A stretch of 64,000 nt of DNA, taken from an uncultured delta proteobacterium. GTDB taxonomy: Bacteria; Desulfobacterota; Binatia; UBA9968. Location: NCBI GenBank assembly GCA_963816145.1, contig CAWFJP010000030.1:256001-320000 (forward strand). Direction: 5' to 3'. The notes beneath the pieces are model-generated. The model saw nothing but the letters and a program-made list of their open reading frames with translations, did no database searches and was not told the DNA's origin. Both the position numbers and the translations under genes were made by a program. Positions within the stretch are counted from its first letter, which is position 1, and every line of letters begins with the position of its first letter. Positions 1 to 10,736 of the stretch are shown here, in pieces.

Positions 1-2397
1 CCGCTGAATAAGATCATCGTCCGGCTTGAATTCTAAGTCATCGAGCGATTCTCGAAGCTGGTCAAGCATCAACAAAGATTTAGTGTGAAACCCCCTTGAT
101 TCGGCGCCGGGTCCGGTTAAGTCCACCAACTTGTCAAAGGCTTGTTCGCGCAAATGTTGCCGTAAAAGTGGGTTAGTTGCCTTTAACGATAACTCCCGAG
201 ATAAGACAGCCTCCGAGTGTTTTATCAATGGATCAGAGGGGCGCATACGTGAAGCTGCATCTAAATACTTTTTTGCAAGCTCCAGACTACCTCCTTCGTG
301 ATTCATTTCAAAAATTGCGTGTTGTTGCAGTAAATACGGATCCTCACCGGCAATCTCATGTGCTGCATCATAAAACCGTCTACCCAACTCCTGGGACCGA
401 AAGGTATCGCCAACGTTTCTACCCCTGACCAATTGCCAAAATGCCGTCGAATCACACGCGTAGTCGAGATTTAAACCTTTTAAGAGTCGCAAAAGCACGT
501 CAAACCGCTGTTCTGGATCCACCAATACCTGCTCGAAAACCAACTGCGCTACGTGTTGATGGCGAGCCGCATACATCATATCACCGCTATATTTGTCGTG
601 CCTCGCAGTTAACACATGTTCTAACGGCAGAAAAAACCGGTCTCGAAATTCGTTGAAGCGAATACCACTAACCCTAGATATTAATCCCGCTCGAACGGTC
701 ACACCTAAACGATTAAGAGCGCAGACATCTAGATACAATAGTTGAGCCTCGGTAGGCGAAATACCTCTGTACTCATCCAACAGAATTTCCTCGAACGGTC
801 GCCCCAACGTCAATTCGTGAAGAGCAACGAGCAGCTGTCGTTCCGCACGTTTGACAAAAGCGTCCAAGCGCTCGGGAAAGGTGAGGTTTTCGAGCAATCC
901 AAGAGCACGATGTGACTCAAGAAGTTCCAAAAGATCGCGGATTTCACGTTCGTTAAGAAACCGAACCGGAAACTCATTGCTTACGAACGGATCCAAATCA
1001 GCACACCGAATATTCCATTCGTTATCACGTTCCGCACCAATAATCGTAACTGGCAATTTCTCCGCCTTGCAGCTTCTGAGTAAAGCCTTTACCTCGTCAC
1101 GAAATGTAGCAACTCGGTCAACAAAACAAAAAATGCGTTGTTTTGTAAGTGCGGAAACTTCACGAATAGCATCAAATCGGAGAGAGCCACCGGCTTTCAA
1201 AAACATTACGACCTTTTCAAATTCATGTGCAGCTTCCCATGCTATTCTCTTCAAGCAGACCGTTTTTCCATTTCCCGCCGGCCCTTTCAACACATAGAAA
1301 TCTACAAGATCAGATCGTTGCTCTTCTTCTGGTAAAATCGCGTCGACTATTACCGTGTCAGTTATAGCTCTTCGCGCGTCTAATTTTTGAGCTATACACC
1401 CCCATCCTAAATCGTAACCCCGATAAAATTCTGCTGGACGCTGCGATTGAATTGGCATGTCAGGAAATACATGATCCACATCATCGGACAAAAAAGAAAG
1501 AAGCAGATCGCTCTCATTCGGATGAGCGACACCGAAATACGCACGTAGTGATGACTTTCCACCACCGTAGGACCGGGGCAAAATCCTTTGGTTCTTGGGA
1601 ATTGCTTGGCTAATCGCTTCGAGAAATTTGTCAAACGTGGCATCAATTGGTGTAACTCGTTGCCGCGTCCAATAGCGCTTTTCAACATCTTCCAAATTCG
1701 GAGCTACGCAGAAGTAGCCCGGCCGATGCAGGTTTTCATCGAATAAATCAAACAGAATCGCCTGGATATGGGGGTCACTTACTGAATAGCCACAGAAAAT
1801 AAAAGGAAACTCTCGCCCCCAATCTCGAACTCGTTCAAAAAGGCGACTGCGCTGCTGCGACCATTTTGCGTATTGTTCCGTCGCTAAGATGAATGGCGCG
1901 TCACGGTCATAAGGATGTCCGATACAACCATGCAATTTTACATATTGTAATGGAAAGGGATATTTCTTCATCTCCGTTTCTATTAATTGACCATTTTTGA
2001 AAAACGGAATCAGCTGCTGGAGTTTCTCCCCCTGCTTGTCGTAAGCACTCTCGATAACAAGATCCAAATTCGTACTTATGATTGCATGCCAGCGAAACGT
2101 CGGAATCAGCTTGTGAAATTCGGCAGCCGAAAACTCTTTGAGTATTTCCGCAACGAAAAGCTGAACCTGATCGAGGCTGGCTTCGTTAGCGGCAAGCTCA
2201 GCGACTTCGGACAGACCTCGATGCCTGAGCTTACCCCCCAAGAAATGATCACAGATCTGATCCCGAAGCTCTGGGCCCGTGGGAATAGACGCCGCTCGTG
2301 GATGTAAAGCACCGCGGCTTGCGCCTGCTCCAAGGAATAACACTGCTCGTTGCTCCGAGACAGCGGCAATTAGGGCCGGTGGTAGTTCGATATCCAT
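1..2397 (-). CDS. SIR2-like NADase domain + P-loop (STAND-like) NTPase + helical/TPR-like region; Avs5-like defence protein, truncated by the window edge
   Basis: Absent from the ORF track because there is no stop in the window. Manual translation from ATG 2397 stays open for 799 codons: MDIELPPALIAAVSEQRAVLFLGAGAS..., IISTNLD, YVKLHGC, FIFCGYSVSDPHI (SIR2_2 motifs); Walker A GPAGNGKT (~1261-1284); Walker B IFCFVD; ERDNEW; TPR-like DPYLLQQHAIFEM...LELAKKYL. AT-richer than neighbours. Confidence 0.85.
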   Translation of the reverse strand, partial: MDIELPPALIAAVSEQRAVLFLGAGASRGALHPRAASIPTGPELRDQICDHFLGGKLRHRGLSEVAELAANEASLDQVQLFVAEILKEFSAAEFHKLIPTFRWHAIISTNLDLVIESAYDKQGEKLQQLIPFFKNGQLIETEMKKYPFPLQYVKLHGCIGHPYDRDAPFILATEQYAKWSQQRSRLFERVRDWGREFPFIFCGYSVSDPHIQAILFDLFDENLHRPGYFCVAPNLEDVEKRYWTRQRVTPIDATFDKFLEAISQAIPKNQRILPRSYGGGKSSLRAYFGVAHPNESDLLLSFLSDDVDHVFPDMPIQSQRPAEFYRGYDLGWGCIAQKLDARRAITDTVIVDAILPEEEQRSDLVDFYVLKGPAGNGKTVCLKRIAWEAAHEFEKVVMFLKAGGSLRFDAIREVSALTKQRIFCFVDRVATFRDEVKALLRSCKAEKLPVTIIGAERDNEWNIRCADLDPFVSNEFPVRFLNEREIRDLLELLESHRALGLLENLTFPERLDAFVKRAERQLLVALHELTLGRPFEEILLDEYRGISPTEAQLLYLDVCALNRLGVTVRAGLISRVSGIRFNEFRDRFFLPLEHVLTARHDKYSGDMMYAARHQHVAQLVFEQVLVDPEQRFDVLLRLLKGLNLDYACDSTAFWQLVRGRNVGDTFRSQELGRRFYDAAHEIAGEDPYLLQQHAIFEMNHEGGSLELAKKYLDAASRMRPSDPLIKHSEAVLSRELSLKATNPLLRQHLREQAFDKLVDLTGPGAESRGFHTKSLLMLDQLRESLDDLEFKPDDDLIQR

Positions 2398-2577
2398 GGG
2401 CGTGCCTTCTAATCCTTTTCCTTTGAGAATTCGGGTCAGCCGTAACAACTACATTAATCTATTTGCTTTTCGCGCGCGACCTTGCCAACGCCGCTACTAG
2501 CGGTCACTGCAGCTTTTGGATCCACTCAAATGAGTACTGGGATCATTAGAAACCCCAACAGGATCACGTCTTGCCTA

Positions 2578-3574
2578 TTAACCTTCTCCTTCGGATCTAG
2601 CGAAGTACGCTCTTAGCACCCGCATCATGTTGCCGCCGAGGATCTTGCCGATCGCCTCGTCGGAATAATTGCGCCGCTGAAATTCCGCCGCCAAATTGTC
2701 GCGGTCCAGCAGTTTGGCGCCGATGCCGTTGCGCCGCACGACGCGGTCGTCACTCCAGTCGCGCTTTTTGAGCTCCGCCGCGTAGGACGGCAGATACGGC
2801 GCGATGCGCTTGGTGTCTTTGTACGAGCGGTGATAATCGTCTTGCGCCGCCACGCCGATGTGATCGACGCCGACGAGCTTGACGCAGTAGTCGACCCAAT
2901 CGACATATTCGCCGACGCTGGTATTGGCGCGCACGTCCTGGCAGATCACCCCGCCCCGCTTCGCCGCCGCGACGATCAGCGGATCGGGCGCGCTGCGCGG
3001 CCGGTTGAACAGCGTGCGGCTAGTGGAGTGGCTGAAGATCACCGGCTGCTCGGACAATTCCAACGCTTCAAGGGCCGTGCGGTCGCCGGAATGCGACAGA
3101 TCGATGACGATGCCAAGGCGATTCATACGCTTGATCGCTTGGCGGCCGAGCGATGTGAGTCCGCTGTCGACCTCGCTGGCATGGCCGCAGCCGTAGTAGC
3201 TGTTTTCGCTGAAGGCCAGGGACAGACAGCGCAAACCCAAATCGAAGAAGGCATCGAGCAGTCCCAAACTGTCGCTCAACGCTTTGGGATTCTGCAGACC
3301 CGAGCAGCACTCCCACTTTGTTGCGACTCTCCTCGCGATCAAGATCGGCGCCGCTGCGCAGAATATACGCCTGGGGATGCTCGCGCACGATCGCCTTGAC
3401 GATTTCAAAGTTCTCGATGCTTTCAATCGTGTCGTCCCATGTCAGATTGGCGGTGCAACCGACCACCGCGACGTCTTGGCCCAGCAGTTGATCGATAAAC
3501 GGCGCCGACAAATCCTCCGGCCAGGGCGCGCCGAGACAGTTGACCACGCCACCATTGAATGCGCTTGTACTCAT
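2578..3574 (-). CDS. Membrane dipeptidase (peptidase M19) family protein, split by a +1 frameshift at ~3300
   Basis: N-terminal part MSTSAFNGG...KVGVLLG in ORF 3068..3715 continues as LQNPKAL...GLTSLGRQAIKRMNRLGIVIDLSH...PVIFSHS...VGVDHIG in ORF 2578..3426; extra G in GGG at ~3299-3301. Confidence 0.8.
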
Positions 3575-3696
3575 GAGCAACTCCTCGATCGATACCGATT
3601 TACGCCCCAAGCCGTAATCGAATTCGTCTCCACGCGCAAGCCGACAACCGGTAAATTCCTTTGACTTGCACAACTCGACCATGTTACCTCGGCTCC

Positions 3697-4776
3697 ATGG
3701 CCAACCCACCCGCAAGTTTCACCGGCGAGATCGGCATTCATTATCCGCTCCACGTGCTCAACCGCTACTCGCTGCCGAAACTCATCGGCCTTGCCGAGCG
3801 CGCCCGACAAATCATGGGGCCCTTCGGCTTCACGCGAGTTTGGACCAACGATAATTTGGAATATCGCAGCGTGATGGCTAGCTCCGCAGCGATCCTGGCC
3901 AAGGTGCCGGTAAAGCTCGGCACCGCGGTGACGGTGCCCTACTTTCGCAACCCCATCGATGTGGCGATGGCGTTTGCCACCATGTCCGAGTTAGCCAACG
4001 GCAAAGAAATCTCCCTCGGCCTGGGTCCAGGTTCGCGCTCGATCTTGACGCGTCACGTCGTCCGCGCCAAACCGCTGACGATCATGGCGGAACTGGCGGT
4101 CGCTCTACACACGTTGTTTGCCGGCGACACGCTCGAGCGCCGGGACATTCCAACCTTGGCCGACTATTTTCATTTGAACTCGGAACGCTACGCGCTGCGC
4201 TTCAAAACTCCGGCACCGATCCATCTCTACTACGGACCGAGCCTGCTCAAACCGACGGTGCTCGATCTGGTGGCGCGCCATTTCGACGGCGTGATTTTGC
4301 AAACGCTTTACGGCATCGACGATATGGAAGCTTCACTTTCACGGCTCAATGCCGCGCGGGTTCAAGCCGGCGCCGCTGAGCCGCTGCGCAGAACCATGCT
4401 GCTCAACGCTTCAGTATCGCGCGACGCCGAGGCCGCGCGCCAGCACGCGAAACGCTTCGTGTCGCATATCGTCTCGGGTTGGCCAGACGACGCCCTGCTA
4501 GCCAAGGGAATCGATCCCAGGGCGATCCAGGCTGTGCGCCAGGCCTACGCGGAAAATCGCGGCGTCGACGAAGCCGCCGCGCTCACTCCCGACGACGCGG
4601 TCGATCGCCTGATCATCGCCGGCACGCCGGCGCAGTGCATGGACCGGCTGGGCCAGCTATTTGCCGTGGCGGCGCGCCACGGCTTCAGCGAAATCGCCAT
4701 CGGCGTGCCACTCGGCCCGGACGTTCCCGAAGCGATCGACCTGTGGGGCAACGAGATTCTGCCCGCGCTTAAGTAA
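3697..4776 (+). CDS. LLM-class (luciferase-like) flavin-dependent oxidoreductase
   Basis: KLGTAVTVPYFRNPIDVAMAFATMSELANG, LGLGPG, IIAGTPAQC motifs typical of the LLM/Mer fold. Confidence 0.85.
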   Translation: MANPPASFTGEIGIHYPLHVLNRYSLPKLIGLAERARQIMGPFGFTRVWTNDNLEYRSVMASSAAILAKVPVKLGTAVTVPYFRNPIDVAMAFATMSELANGKEISLGLGPGSRSILTRHVVRAKPLTIMAELAVALHTLFAGDTLERRDIPTLADYFHLNSERYALRFKTPAPIHLYYGPSLLKPTVLDLVARHFDGVILQTLYGIDDMEASLSRLNAARVQAGAAEPLRRTMLLNASVSRDAEAARQHAKRFVSHIVSGWPDDALLAKGIDPRAIQAVRQAYAENRGVDEAAALTPDDAVDRLIIAGTPAQCMDRLGQLFAVAARHGFSEIAIGVPLGPDVPEAIDLWGNEILPALK

Positions 4777-4876
4777 AAGACTCTACCGGTTTTCCCGTGG
4801 GAAAGTTTTCATCTTCCATGCATCGAAGAATTTGAAAAATGCCCCGCTAAAACGTGACGGCGCAAAATCAAACCTT

Positions 4877-4993
4877 CTGTCATTTCGACCGAAGGGAGAA
4901 ATCTGTCTTAGATCCCTCGCATTCGCTCGGGATGACGGGCAGCCGCCCATCTCCTTTGCGATCCTTGCGCCTTTGCGGGAGACGTTCTGAAAT
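4877..4993. repeat. TGTC/CGTC-type palindromic REP-like element plus a trailing 9-bp-period half element
   Basis: CTGTCATTTCGA...TCGGGATGAC inverted ends; 4877-4903 is identical to the reverse complement of 59672-59698; ~115 bp similar to 63081-63195. Confidence 0.8.
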
Positions 4994-5019
4994 TCCCGTT
5001 CGTATTCGCCGCATTTAGA

Positions 5020-5140
5020 TCACTTATAAAGCCCGCCGACAAAACCGCTCTTGTCGAGCCGCTGCAACATCCGGTCGTGGTAAAAACGCACCGGGTCGGT
5101 TTTCCGCCCCCGGGAGATTTTCATGGCGATCTCCTCTTTT
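5020..5140 (-). pseudogene. C-terminal remnant of an NMT1/SsuA-type solute-binding protein
   Basis: Reads EEIAMKISRGRKTDPVRFYHDRMLQRLDKSGFVGGLYK*, resembling SBP C-termini in this window (e.g. DDRIVRRLDENGFIGRL in 61988..62995). Confidence 0.5.
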
Positions 5141-5171
5141 GTCCATCAAGGATTCTTCGATCTCACGACCC

Positions 5172-6173
5172 TCAATCGATGCGGTAAACCCGAACGGCGT
5201 TGTCGTGAAACAAAGCGGCGCGCTCGCCGGCCGAGTAATTCTGGGTGATTCGCTTGAAGGCGTTCCAGAGATTGACGTAAGTGTTCGAGGCTTTTTCCAC
5301 CGGGAAGTTACTCTCGAACAGGCAGCGTTCGACGCCGAACTTGTCGATACAATGCTCGATATAAGGTCGGAGAATCTGCGCCAACTCGAACGACGACGGC
5401 TTCACCCCGCGCTCGTGCCAGTCGTAACCCGAACGCAGCGAGCCGACCCCGCCCAACTTCACCACCACATTATTCAGTTGAGCCACTGCGGCGATACCGC
5501 GGCTCCAGTGGCGAAACACTTCATCGCGCTTACCGGCGTAGGGACCGACGCCGAGCGGCGCGCCGATGTGATTGACGATAATCGGAACTTGCGAGAACGT
5601 CCGCGCCAAATCGGCGACCTCGGTTAACTGCGGATGATAAACCCAAGCCTCAAAGCTCAGCCCAAGCGTTTCCAGCCAGGCAAAACCGGCGCGGAATTGG
5701 CTATTGGCCAACATTTCCTGCGACGCTTCATTACGTAAGGCGCCGCTGCCGTCCCAGGTCGCCGAGTGGCGAATGCCGCGGAACCGTTTGGGACTTATGG
5801 CGAGATGGGCTTCGAGCACCGGCGCCACCGCATCGCCCAAGGCGAGATTGGCGTGACCGACGATCGCCGCGGCGACGCGGGTTGCGACCGACGCGTCGCG
5901 CGTCACGCGCTCGGCGACCCCTTCGAGAAACTCGGTCTCGCCGAGCGGTTTGAATTCCATGGCGCCGTCCGGGCGATAACCGTAACCGCATTCGATCGCC
6001 ACGGTCGACACGATGTTGTGGCCGCTGCGCAGATCCTCAAGCAATTCATTGAGCAAGTAATCCCGGGGCGGCCGCTCCCAGAGGTGGTGGTGCGCGTCGC
6101 AGATCGGCAGCGAGGGATCAAGCGCCACTTCGGTTTCAATCGAGTCAGATTGTCGTGACCTTCGATCATCCAT
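5172..6173 (-). CDS. Amidohydrolase_2 family protein (lactonase-like)
   Basis: DAHHHLW, RFRGIRH, IIVNHIG, CLFESNFPV, FHDNAVRVY motifs. Confidence 0.9.
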   Translation of the reverse strand: MDDRRSRQSDSIETEVALDPSLPICDAHHHLWERPPRDYLLNELLEDLRSGHNIVSTVAIECGYGYRPDGAMEFKPLGETEFLEGVAERVTRDASVATRVAAAIVGHANLALGDAVAPVLEAHLAISPKRFRGIRHSATWDGSGALRNEASQEMLANSQFRAGFAWLETLGLSFEAWVYHPQLTEVADLARTFSQVPIIVNHIGAPLGVGPYAGKRDEVFRHWSRGIAAVAQLNNVVVKLGGVGSLRSGYDWHERGVKPSSFELAQILRPYIEHCIDKFGVERCLFESNFPVEKASNTYVNLWNAFKRITQNYSAGERAALFHDNAVRVYRID

Positions 6174-6201
6174 CCTCGAGCCTCGATTCTTGAATTACCT
6201 A

Positions 6202-7440
6202 TTAGCGAATTTGCCAGGCCCGCGGCAGGGTCAAATGGATGGCGAGCATCGCCAGAGCCCCGGCTCCGCCCATCAAGATTACGGCCCATTGCGTGCCAAC
6301 AGCGGTCGCCAGCGCGCCGATCACCATGCTGCCAACCGTCATGACGACGTTGCTGAGCTGAAACATCGACATGGTGCGGCCGCGAAATTCCGGCGGCGAA
6401 TAGGTCTGCAAGACGGTTTGCACAAGCGCATGACAACAGACGTTGGCCAGACCGATGACGATCATCAATCCCATAGAGATGTGGAACCACGGCGACGCCG
6501 CGAAAGCGACCACACCGAAACCATAAAGCGCCGCGCCACCGAGCATGAACATGCCGCGGGGCAACCGCTCGCCGATCGCCGCGATCATCACCGCGCTACC
6601 CAGGGCGCCGATGCCCATACCGGTGAGCAACAGGCCCTGCCCCGAAGCCCCAACGCCAAGAATGTCCCGCGCAAAGATCGGCAAGAGCGTGGTAAACGGC
6701 ACGATAAATAACGAGGCCAGCATAACCACCAACAACCCGGTGCGCACCGTTTCATTGCGCCAGCTAAACCTCCACCCTTCGACGACACTGCGCGCGAAGG
6801 ACACGCCATGGCCGGCACGATCCTCCGCCGCCGGCGACTGGCCCGTGCGCGCGCTCAACCGCATCGTCCAGAAGGTCGCTAAGAACAAAAACAACGCCTG
6901 GGTCGCGTACGAGCCGAAGCTGCCCAATTTGGCAATCAGCACACCGGCCAGCGCCGGCCCAGTGCTGCGCGCCACGTTGAAAATGATCGAGTTGAGGCCG
7001 ATAGCATTGGTCAGATGACTGCGCGGCACCGCATCGGCGATAATCGCCGCTCTGGACGGCTGTAAGAAAGTCTGATCGATCGCCATCACGAAGGCGCTAA
7101 CGTAAACATGCCAAGGCCGAATCGCCCCGGTGAAAATCAGCATGGTCAGCGCCGCGAACATCAGGCCATCGACAATCTGCGCGATGAGAATTTGCTTCTT
7201 GCGGGAAAAGCGATCCGCCGCGCTGCCCGCCACCGGCGACAACAAAAGCGTCGGGATCGCTTGGACACCGCGGATCATGCCGAGTTGCAGCGCGGAGTCG
7301 GTCAGTTCGTAGATCAGCCAGCCACGCGAGACCTGATCCATCCAAAACGCCATCGACGCAAAAGAGTGGCCCAGCCAAAGCAAACGAAACTCACGATAGT
7401 GCAGAACTTCGACGGCACGATGTCGATATAACCAATCCAA
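6202..7440 (-). CDS. MFS transporter (MFS_3/DHA3-like), paralog 1 of a tandem triplet
   Basis: About 12 hydrophobic segments, FRLLWLG, AGSAADRFSRKK, RGRTMS. Confidence 0.9.
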   Translation of the reverse strand: MDWLYRHRAVEVLHYREFRLLWLGHSFASMAFWMDQVSRGWLIYELTDSALQLGMIRGVQAIPTLLLSPVAGSAADRFSRKKQILIAQIVDGLMFAALTMLIFTGAIRPWHVYVSAFVMAIDQTFLQPSRAAIIADAVPRSHLTNAIGLNSIIFNVARSTGPALAGVLIAKLGSFGSYATQALFLFLATFWTMRLSARTGQSPAAEDRAGHGVSFARSVVEGWRFSWRNETVRTGLLVVMLASLFIVPFTTLLPIFARDILGVGASGQGLLLTGMGIGALGSAVMIAAIGERLPRGMFMLGGAALYGFGVVAFAASPWFHISMGLMIVIGLANVCCHALVQTVLQTYSPPEFRGRTMSMFQLSNVVMTVGSMVIGALATAVGTQWAVILMGGAGALAMLAIHLTLPRAWQIR

Positions 7441-7687
7441 CCGACGCCGGCTGGGCTGCGCCGCGGAACCGGCAGCCGTGGTTGCGAGCGCATCCGATTG
7501 GTTTTCTTTGTCGCGTGGAACGGAGCTCAGGACCGGCTCCCAAGTTGGTGGTGAAAACTCATGATGTTCCCGCTATAGCATGGGTGAAATTATCAGGCCA
7601 GCGCCGGTTAGTTTTGTGGGCGCAGAAACCGATGACGGAGAAGCTCGGCAGCCAGCCAAACGAAAACTGCTCCGGCGCAACTGCTGG

Positions 7688-8968
7688 CTAGCGAATGTCC
7701 CGCGCCCGCGGCACCATGACGAAGATCGCCACCATGCAGAGTGTGCCGACGATGCTCATGGACGACGCCGCCCAGGGCGCGCCGATCATTGCTGATAACG
7801 CGCCCACCGCCATACCACCAACCAGCAACAATACCTGGGTCATGTGGAAAATCGCGATGGCCCGGCCGCGAAACTCTGGCGGCGAATAAGTTTGAATGAC
7901 GGTCTGCACCAACGCATGCGAGCTGACATGGCACAAGCCGATGATCGCCATCAGCCCCATCGACAACGGAAACCAATGGGACACGGAAAAGATCACCACC
8001 AGCACGCCGTAAAGCGCGACACCGCCGAGCATCAGTAAACCGCGCGGCATTCGGTCGCCCACCGAAGCGATCAAGATAGAGCTGCACAACGCGCCGATCC
8101 CCATAGCCGTCAGCAGCAAACCCTGCCCGCGCGCGCCGACAAGGAGCAAATCACGCGCAAAAACGGGCAGGAGCGTGCTGAACGGAATCATAAACAAAGC
8201 GGCGACAATCACGATCAGAATGCCGGTGCGTACCTCCGGGGTGCGCCAGCTAAATTTCCAGCCTTCGATAATGCTTTGGCCGAAGGACTCCTCGTGGCTG
8301 CCATGGCTGCTCGGGTCACCCGGCGTCACCTTGCTCAATTGGGTTGTCCAAACCGTGGCGAGAATCATGAATAGCGCTTGCACCGCATAGGAAATCCCGG
8401 TGCTGGAGAGAGAAATCAACATCCCCGAGAGCGCCGGCCCGGTGCTGCGCGCCATATTGAACACCATGGCGTTCAAACCGATCGCGCTGGTAAGGGTTTT
8501 TTGCGGCACGAAATCGGAGATCATCGCTGAGCGCGAAGGTTGCAAAAACACCTGCACGCAGGCCATCAAAAACGCCGTCACATAGACATGCCAAGGCCGA
8601 ATCAAGCCGGTAAGAACCAGCGCAGCCGTCACAGCATATAGAAAGCCGCTGGCGAACTGCGCGGACACCACTTGAAACTTGCGCGGATAGCGGTCCGCCG
8701 CGCTGCCGGCGATAGGCGACAATAACAAAAATGGAATGGCCTGGATACCCCGCACCAAGCCGAGCTGCAACGCGGAGTTGGTCAGCTCGTAAATGAGCCA
8801 GCCGCGCGTCACTTGATCCATCCAAGTGCCCATGGAACCAAAAATCTGGCCGTACCAAAGCAATCGGTAGTCGCGGTGGCGCAGCGCTTCAAAGGCGCGC
8901 ATGCGCACCAGCATGGCGACCGGCCAGGCGAGTTCTTCGCTGGGGCTTACTGAGTCGGCCTCATCCAT
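7688..8968 (-). CDS. MFS transporter (MFS_3/DHA3-like), paralog 2
   Basis: YRLLWYGQ, AGSAADRYPRK, YSPPEFRGR; strong similarity to flanking paralogs. Confidence 0.9.
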   Translation of the reverse strand: MDEADSVSPSEELAWPVAMLVRMRAFEALRHRDYRLLWYGQIFGSMGTWMDQVTRGWLIYELTNSALQLGLVRGIQAIPFLLLSPIAGSAADRYPRKFQVVSAQFASGFLYAVTAALVLTGLIRPWHVYVTAFLMACVQVFLQPSRSAMISDFVPQKTLTSAIGLNAMVFNMARSTGPALSGMLISLSSTGISYAVQALFMILATVWTTQLSKVTPGDPSSHGSHEESFGQSIIEGWKFSWRTPEVRTGILIVIVAALFMIPFSTLLPVFARDLLLVGARGQGLLLTAMGIGALCSSILIASVGDRMPRGLLMLGGVALYGVLVVIFSVSHWFPLSMGLMAIIGLCHVSSHALVQTVIQTYSPPEFRGRAIAIFHMTQVLLLVGGMAVGALSAMIGAPWAASSMSIVGTLCMVAIFVMVPRARDIR

Positions 8969-9115
8969 CGGCGCGCCGGGCTGGCATTAGCAGGTTCAAA
9001 AGCTTCATAGAAAAATCGCGCGGCGACTGGAAACTTCGAGGGAAATCTCCAGCCAAACACAAGAATCGACAGTAACACGCGTAGCGCAGAGCGTCCAACC
9101 AACGACAAAAAATGA

Positions 9116-10354
9116 CTATTGAATCTGCCGCGCCTTGGGCAGCGTCACGTAGATCGCAATCATCAGCGCAGTACCGAGCAAGCCCATGGAGGTCACCGCC
9201 CAGCGCGCGCCGATGAGTTCGGCGAGCGCGCCGACAAACATCGCGCCAAGCACTAAAATTACCTGTGTCATATGAAAAATCGCCATAGTGCGGCCGCGCA
9301 TTTCGGCGGGCGAGTAGGCTTGAATGACGATCTGAATCAGCGCGTGGGAGGTGACATGGCAAAAGCCGATGAGCAGCATCATGATCATTGAAAGCGGAAA
9401 CCACGTCGATGCCGCAAAGATCGCCACCAGCACTCCGTAAATCGCCACGCCGCCGATGATAACGATGCCACGCGGCAAGCGATCACCCGCCGATGCGACA
9501 ACCACCGAGCTGAACAAGGCGCCGATGCCCATGGACGTTAGTAATAACCCCTGGCCTTTGGCGCCGGCATGCAATACATCCCGGGCAAAGACCGGCAGAA
9601 GCGTAGTGAAGGGTATGAGCAGAAACATTGAAATTGAAACGACCATCATGCCGATGCGCACTTCGAAATTACGCCAGCTAAACTGCCAGCCTTCGATGAC
9701 AGTGCGAACGAAAGATTCGTGTTGGCAGGCAGCATTCCGCCCCACCGCGTCCACGTTTTGATCGCGCCGCAACATGAAGGTCCAAATGGTCGCCAAGAAA
9801 TAGCAAAGCGCCTGCACGGAGTAGGATCCCGCAGTGCCGTAGGCGGCGATCACCACGCCGGCCAACGCCGGACCGGCGCTGCGCGCCGAGTTGAACACTA
9901 CGGCGTTGAGCGCCAGACCATTACTCAATTGGGCCGCTGGCACGGTGTCCGAAACCATCGCGACCCGCGCCGGTTGCTGAAATGTCTGAACGCTCGCCAG
10001 GCCGACCGACGTCACGTAGACCTGCCAGGGCTCGATGGCGCCGGTAAAAATCATCATTGCCATCCAGGCATAGAGCAAGCCATTCAAAGTCTGGGCGATG
10101 AGGATCTGGGTGCGGCGCGAATACAGATCGGCGACGCTGCCGGCAATCGGCGACAACAATAACGTCGGCACCGCCTGCACGCCGCGCACCAAACCCAGTT
10201 GAAATGACGAGTGAGTGAGCTGGTACATCAACCAGCCGCGCGCGATGGAATCCATCCAGGTCGCCATCGATGTAAAGACCTGGCCATACCAAAGGAGGCG
10301 AAACTCCCGGTGCTGCAAGGCCGCCAGAGCGCGCGAATTTAATAGCGCTCGCAC
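9116..10354 (-). CDS. MFS transporter (MFS_3/DHA3-like), paralog 3
   Basis: FRLLWYGQ, AGSVADLYSRR, YSPAEMRGR. Confidence 0.9.
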   Translation of the reverse strand: MRALLNSRALAALQHREFRLLWYGQVFTSMATWMDSIARGWLMYQLTHSSFQLGLVRGVQAVPTLLLSPIAGSVADLYSRRTQILIAQTLNGLLYAWMAMMIFTGAIEPWQVYVTSVGLASVQTFQQPARVAMVSDTVPAAQLSNGLALNAVVFNSARSAGPALAGVVIAAYGTAGSYSVQALCYFLATIWTFMLRRDQNVDAVGRNAACQHESFVRTVIEGWQFSWRNFEVRIGMMVVSISMFLLIPFTTLLPVFARDVLHAGAKGQGLLLTSMGIGALFSSVVVASAGDRLPRGIVIIGGVAIYGVLVAIFAASTWFPLSMIMMLLIGFCHVTSHALIQIVIQAYSPAEMRGRTMAIFHMTQVILVLGAMFVGALAELIGARWAVTSMGLLGTALMIAIYVTLPKARQIQ

Positions 10355-10736
10355 CGCCGCCGCGTAAGGCGATGCGGGCGAATGAGGATCGGCGCTTGCA
10401 ACTGGCCGCTCATCATTTTTGTCGGTCGGTAAATCCAGAGTCGTGCTCGTGTCGGCGGGAAGCGAATCGATATGCTTTCGCCAAGAATAAAATTTCTTCT
10501 TGGCTATAACACGCGACTCAATAGGGTTCTAGCAAAGACGCGCGGAAGTTCGATCGCAGCTAAGCTATGGTTTTCACGGTTTGTGATTCCCCTGCAGAAA
10601 TGGCCGATTTAGTTCGCCGCAAAAATCTGAATTCCTGCTTCGGATCGAGTCCAGATAGGATGTGCGCCAGAATGACGGCGGTCAACCTCCCGCCGACATC
10701 TAGTTCGAGGAAACCGGGCGTTGGGCGTGGAAATAA

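Noticed and set aside
177-2500. Short ORFs listed by the track in 177-2500
   Set aside because: They are shadows of the long minus-strand SIR2-NTPase ORF.
10500-10735. Structured-looking intergenic segment (GGCGG/CCGCC and GATGT/ACATC pairings) upstream of the MFS triplet
   Set aside because: I could not match it to any riboswitch or ncRNA consensus I know; an Rfam/Infernal search would be needed.
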